The position numbers and the translations under genes were made by a program. A stretch of DNA of 64,000 nucleotides, taken from sequence record MW373745.1, one strand, 5' to 3'. A model generated the notes under the pieces. The model searched no databases, was not told the DNA's origin, and saw only the letters and a program-made list of their open reading frames with translations. Positions 62,779 to 64,000 of this stretch are shown one piece after another; the stretch's first letter is position 1; each line of letters opens with the position of its first letter.

Positions 62779-63035
62779 GTAGCCCATTTTGTAACCCATT
62801 TTTGGAAAAGTGACCCACTTTTTTAAGAACATTATAGCACATTTTGGAATATAAAAGAACGATATAGAACAAGCTTTAAAACATTTTATTATAGGCATTT
62901 GATTAATATATTAAAGCAAAATAGGGATTTGATAAAAAAGAGTAATGGTGGATTTAGCAGAATATTAAAAAAAGTATCTAAATACCTATAAAATAGATAT
63001 TTTATATTTTATAGTAACCCATTAAATAACCCAGT
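62779..63035. other. attP-like region: tRNA-3'-end core with flanking arm-type repeats
   Basis: Core tggtggatttagcag at 62946-62960 (minus strand CTGCTAAATCCACCA); (g/a)t(a/g)(a/g)ccca repeats at 62779, 62791, 62810, 63014 and 63026. Confidence 0.65.
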
Positions 63036-63057
63036 TTTCTAATATGATTTTTTAATA

Positions 63058-63142
63058 TTAAAATCCGATTAAAATGCCTATAAACATATTTCTTAAAATC
63101 CGATTAAAAATGATATGTGCTTTTATTAAAATCCGATTAAAA
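63058..63142 (+). repeat. Three identical 17-bp direct repeats ttaaaatccgattaaaa
   Basis: At 63058, 63093 and 63126. Confidence 0.9.
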
Positions 63143-63365
63143 ACAATACGATAATCTTTGCCAGTGCTTTTTAATATAATAGTGTTTGTATAAAAATATA
63201 AAAAATGGTTTTTGTTTTTTTGCTTTCTTAGTAAAGAGCAATAAGTATTCCATAATTGCTAATTTAATCTTTGATTAATAGTTTTATTATTTTTTATATA
63301 TTATAATTTTTAAATAAAAATATCATTCCTTAAAGCTTCGTTTGTTAATTACTTAAAGACTTCTT

Positions 63366-63656
63366 ATGTTTAATAAAAAAGATATTATTGTTAATGCAGT
63401 TCCCGTTAAGCTTTTTGCAAGTAATTTAGGTTTGTATGATAATTTTTATAGAAATGTAAATGAGCTTAAAAGTGGTTTTAAAATCAAACAAGTAGGAAAT
63501 AATTTTTTTGTTTTGCTTCCTGATTGGTTTATAAAATTGCTAGAGATAGGATATGATTGTTATGTGATTAAGCCTTATGATGATTTTAAATATGAATTTA
63601 AAGTTGAACTTTCTAAAAAAACTGAAATAGGATTTTACAAAAATGACAATTTATAA
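63366..63656 (+). CDS. Hypothetical protein
   Basis: ORF coupled to the HNH gene. Confidence 0.55.
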   Translation: MFNKKDIIVNAVPVKLFASNLGLYDNFYRNVNELKSGFKIKQVGNNFFVLLPDWFIKLLEIGYDCYVIKPYDDFKYEFKVELSKKTEIGFYKNDNL

Positions 63657-63993
63657 ACTTTGCAAGTGTGGTAAGAAAATACAAACTCATTTAAGAACTT
63701 GTGAAGAATGTGATAAAACTTTTAAGAAAATAGCAAACAAAAGATATGATTGTTTTAAAAGAGACAAAGCAAGTTCAGATTTTTATAACAGCACAGCTTG
63801 GAGAAAATTAAGAAATGCTTTTATAAATAAAAATCCATTTTGTGCGAAGTGTGGAAAGTTTGCAAAAATTATAGATCATATTGTGCCAATTAAACAAGGT
63901 GGCGAGAAACTGAGTGAAGAAAATTTGCAAAGTTTATGCATAGTTTGTCATAATGAAAAGACTAAAAATGAGCTTAAGGGATGGGGTATGTAA
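63643..63993 (+). CDS. HNH endonuclease (cos-packaging associated, HK97 gp74-like)
   Basis: PFCAKCG...IDHIVPIKQGG...NLQSLCIVCHNEKT. Confidence 0.9.
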   Translation: MTIYKLCKCGKKIQTHLRTCEECDKTFKKIANKRYDCFKRDKASSDFYNSTAWRKLRNAFINKNPFCAKCGKFAKIIDHIVPIKQGGEKLSEENLQSLCIVCHNEKTKNELKGWGM

Positions 63994-64000
63994 TCTCTAT

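Larger units (their letters stand above)
28220..64000. mobile_element. Near-complete temperate HK97-like siphovirus, CJIE4-like, in terS-to-HNH (excised) order
   Basis: terS/terL/portal/capsid/tail, cI, antirepressor, DNase, MTase, integrase, internal tRNA-derived att core, HNH at the end. Confidence 0.85.

Noticed and set aside
63058-63142. 17-bp repeats as a mini-CRISPR
   Set aside because: Repeats and spacers (16-18 bp) are too short, and no cas gene is present

Overview
The window is two unrelated Campylobacter-type phage sequences joined by an exactly 100-N scaffold gap (28120-28219). Left part (1-28119): a fragment of a large AT-rich T4-like lytic myovirus, most like the Firehammervirus/CP220 group. 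It carries thyX, nrdB, neck/tail/baseplate genes, gp32, RNA ligase, a radical SAM enzyme, a solo TnpB-like nuclease and long tandem repeats at the contig end. Right part (28220-64000): a near-complete ~36 kb temperate HK97/lambda-like siphovirus resembling C. jejuni CJIE4. It runs terS to HNH with an intact attP-like site inside, so it is in excised/virion gene order. Best leads: (1) a 534-aa protein behind a late-promoter-like motif, with 35 Cys confined to its C-terminus ((CDCNYCT)x6 plus CxC[DNQ]x[ND] units), and a nearby SPASM-type radical SAM enzyme, suggesting post-translational crosslinking of a virion protein; (2) a C-terminal domain shared by tail-type proteins of both phages; (3) two unannotated type I toxin-antitoxin-like loci, plus an orphan PemK/MazF with an antisense promoter; (4) a late-promoter motif in three copies with identical spacing; (5) a duplicated immunity-region promoter flanking a moron. 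All family calls come from motif recognition by eye; no database search was run.
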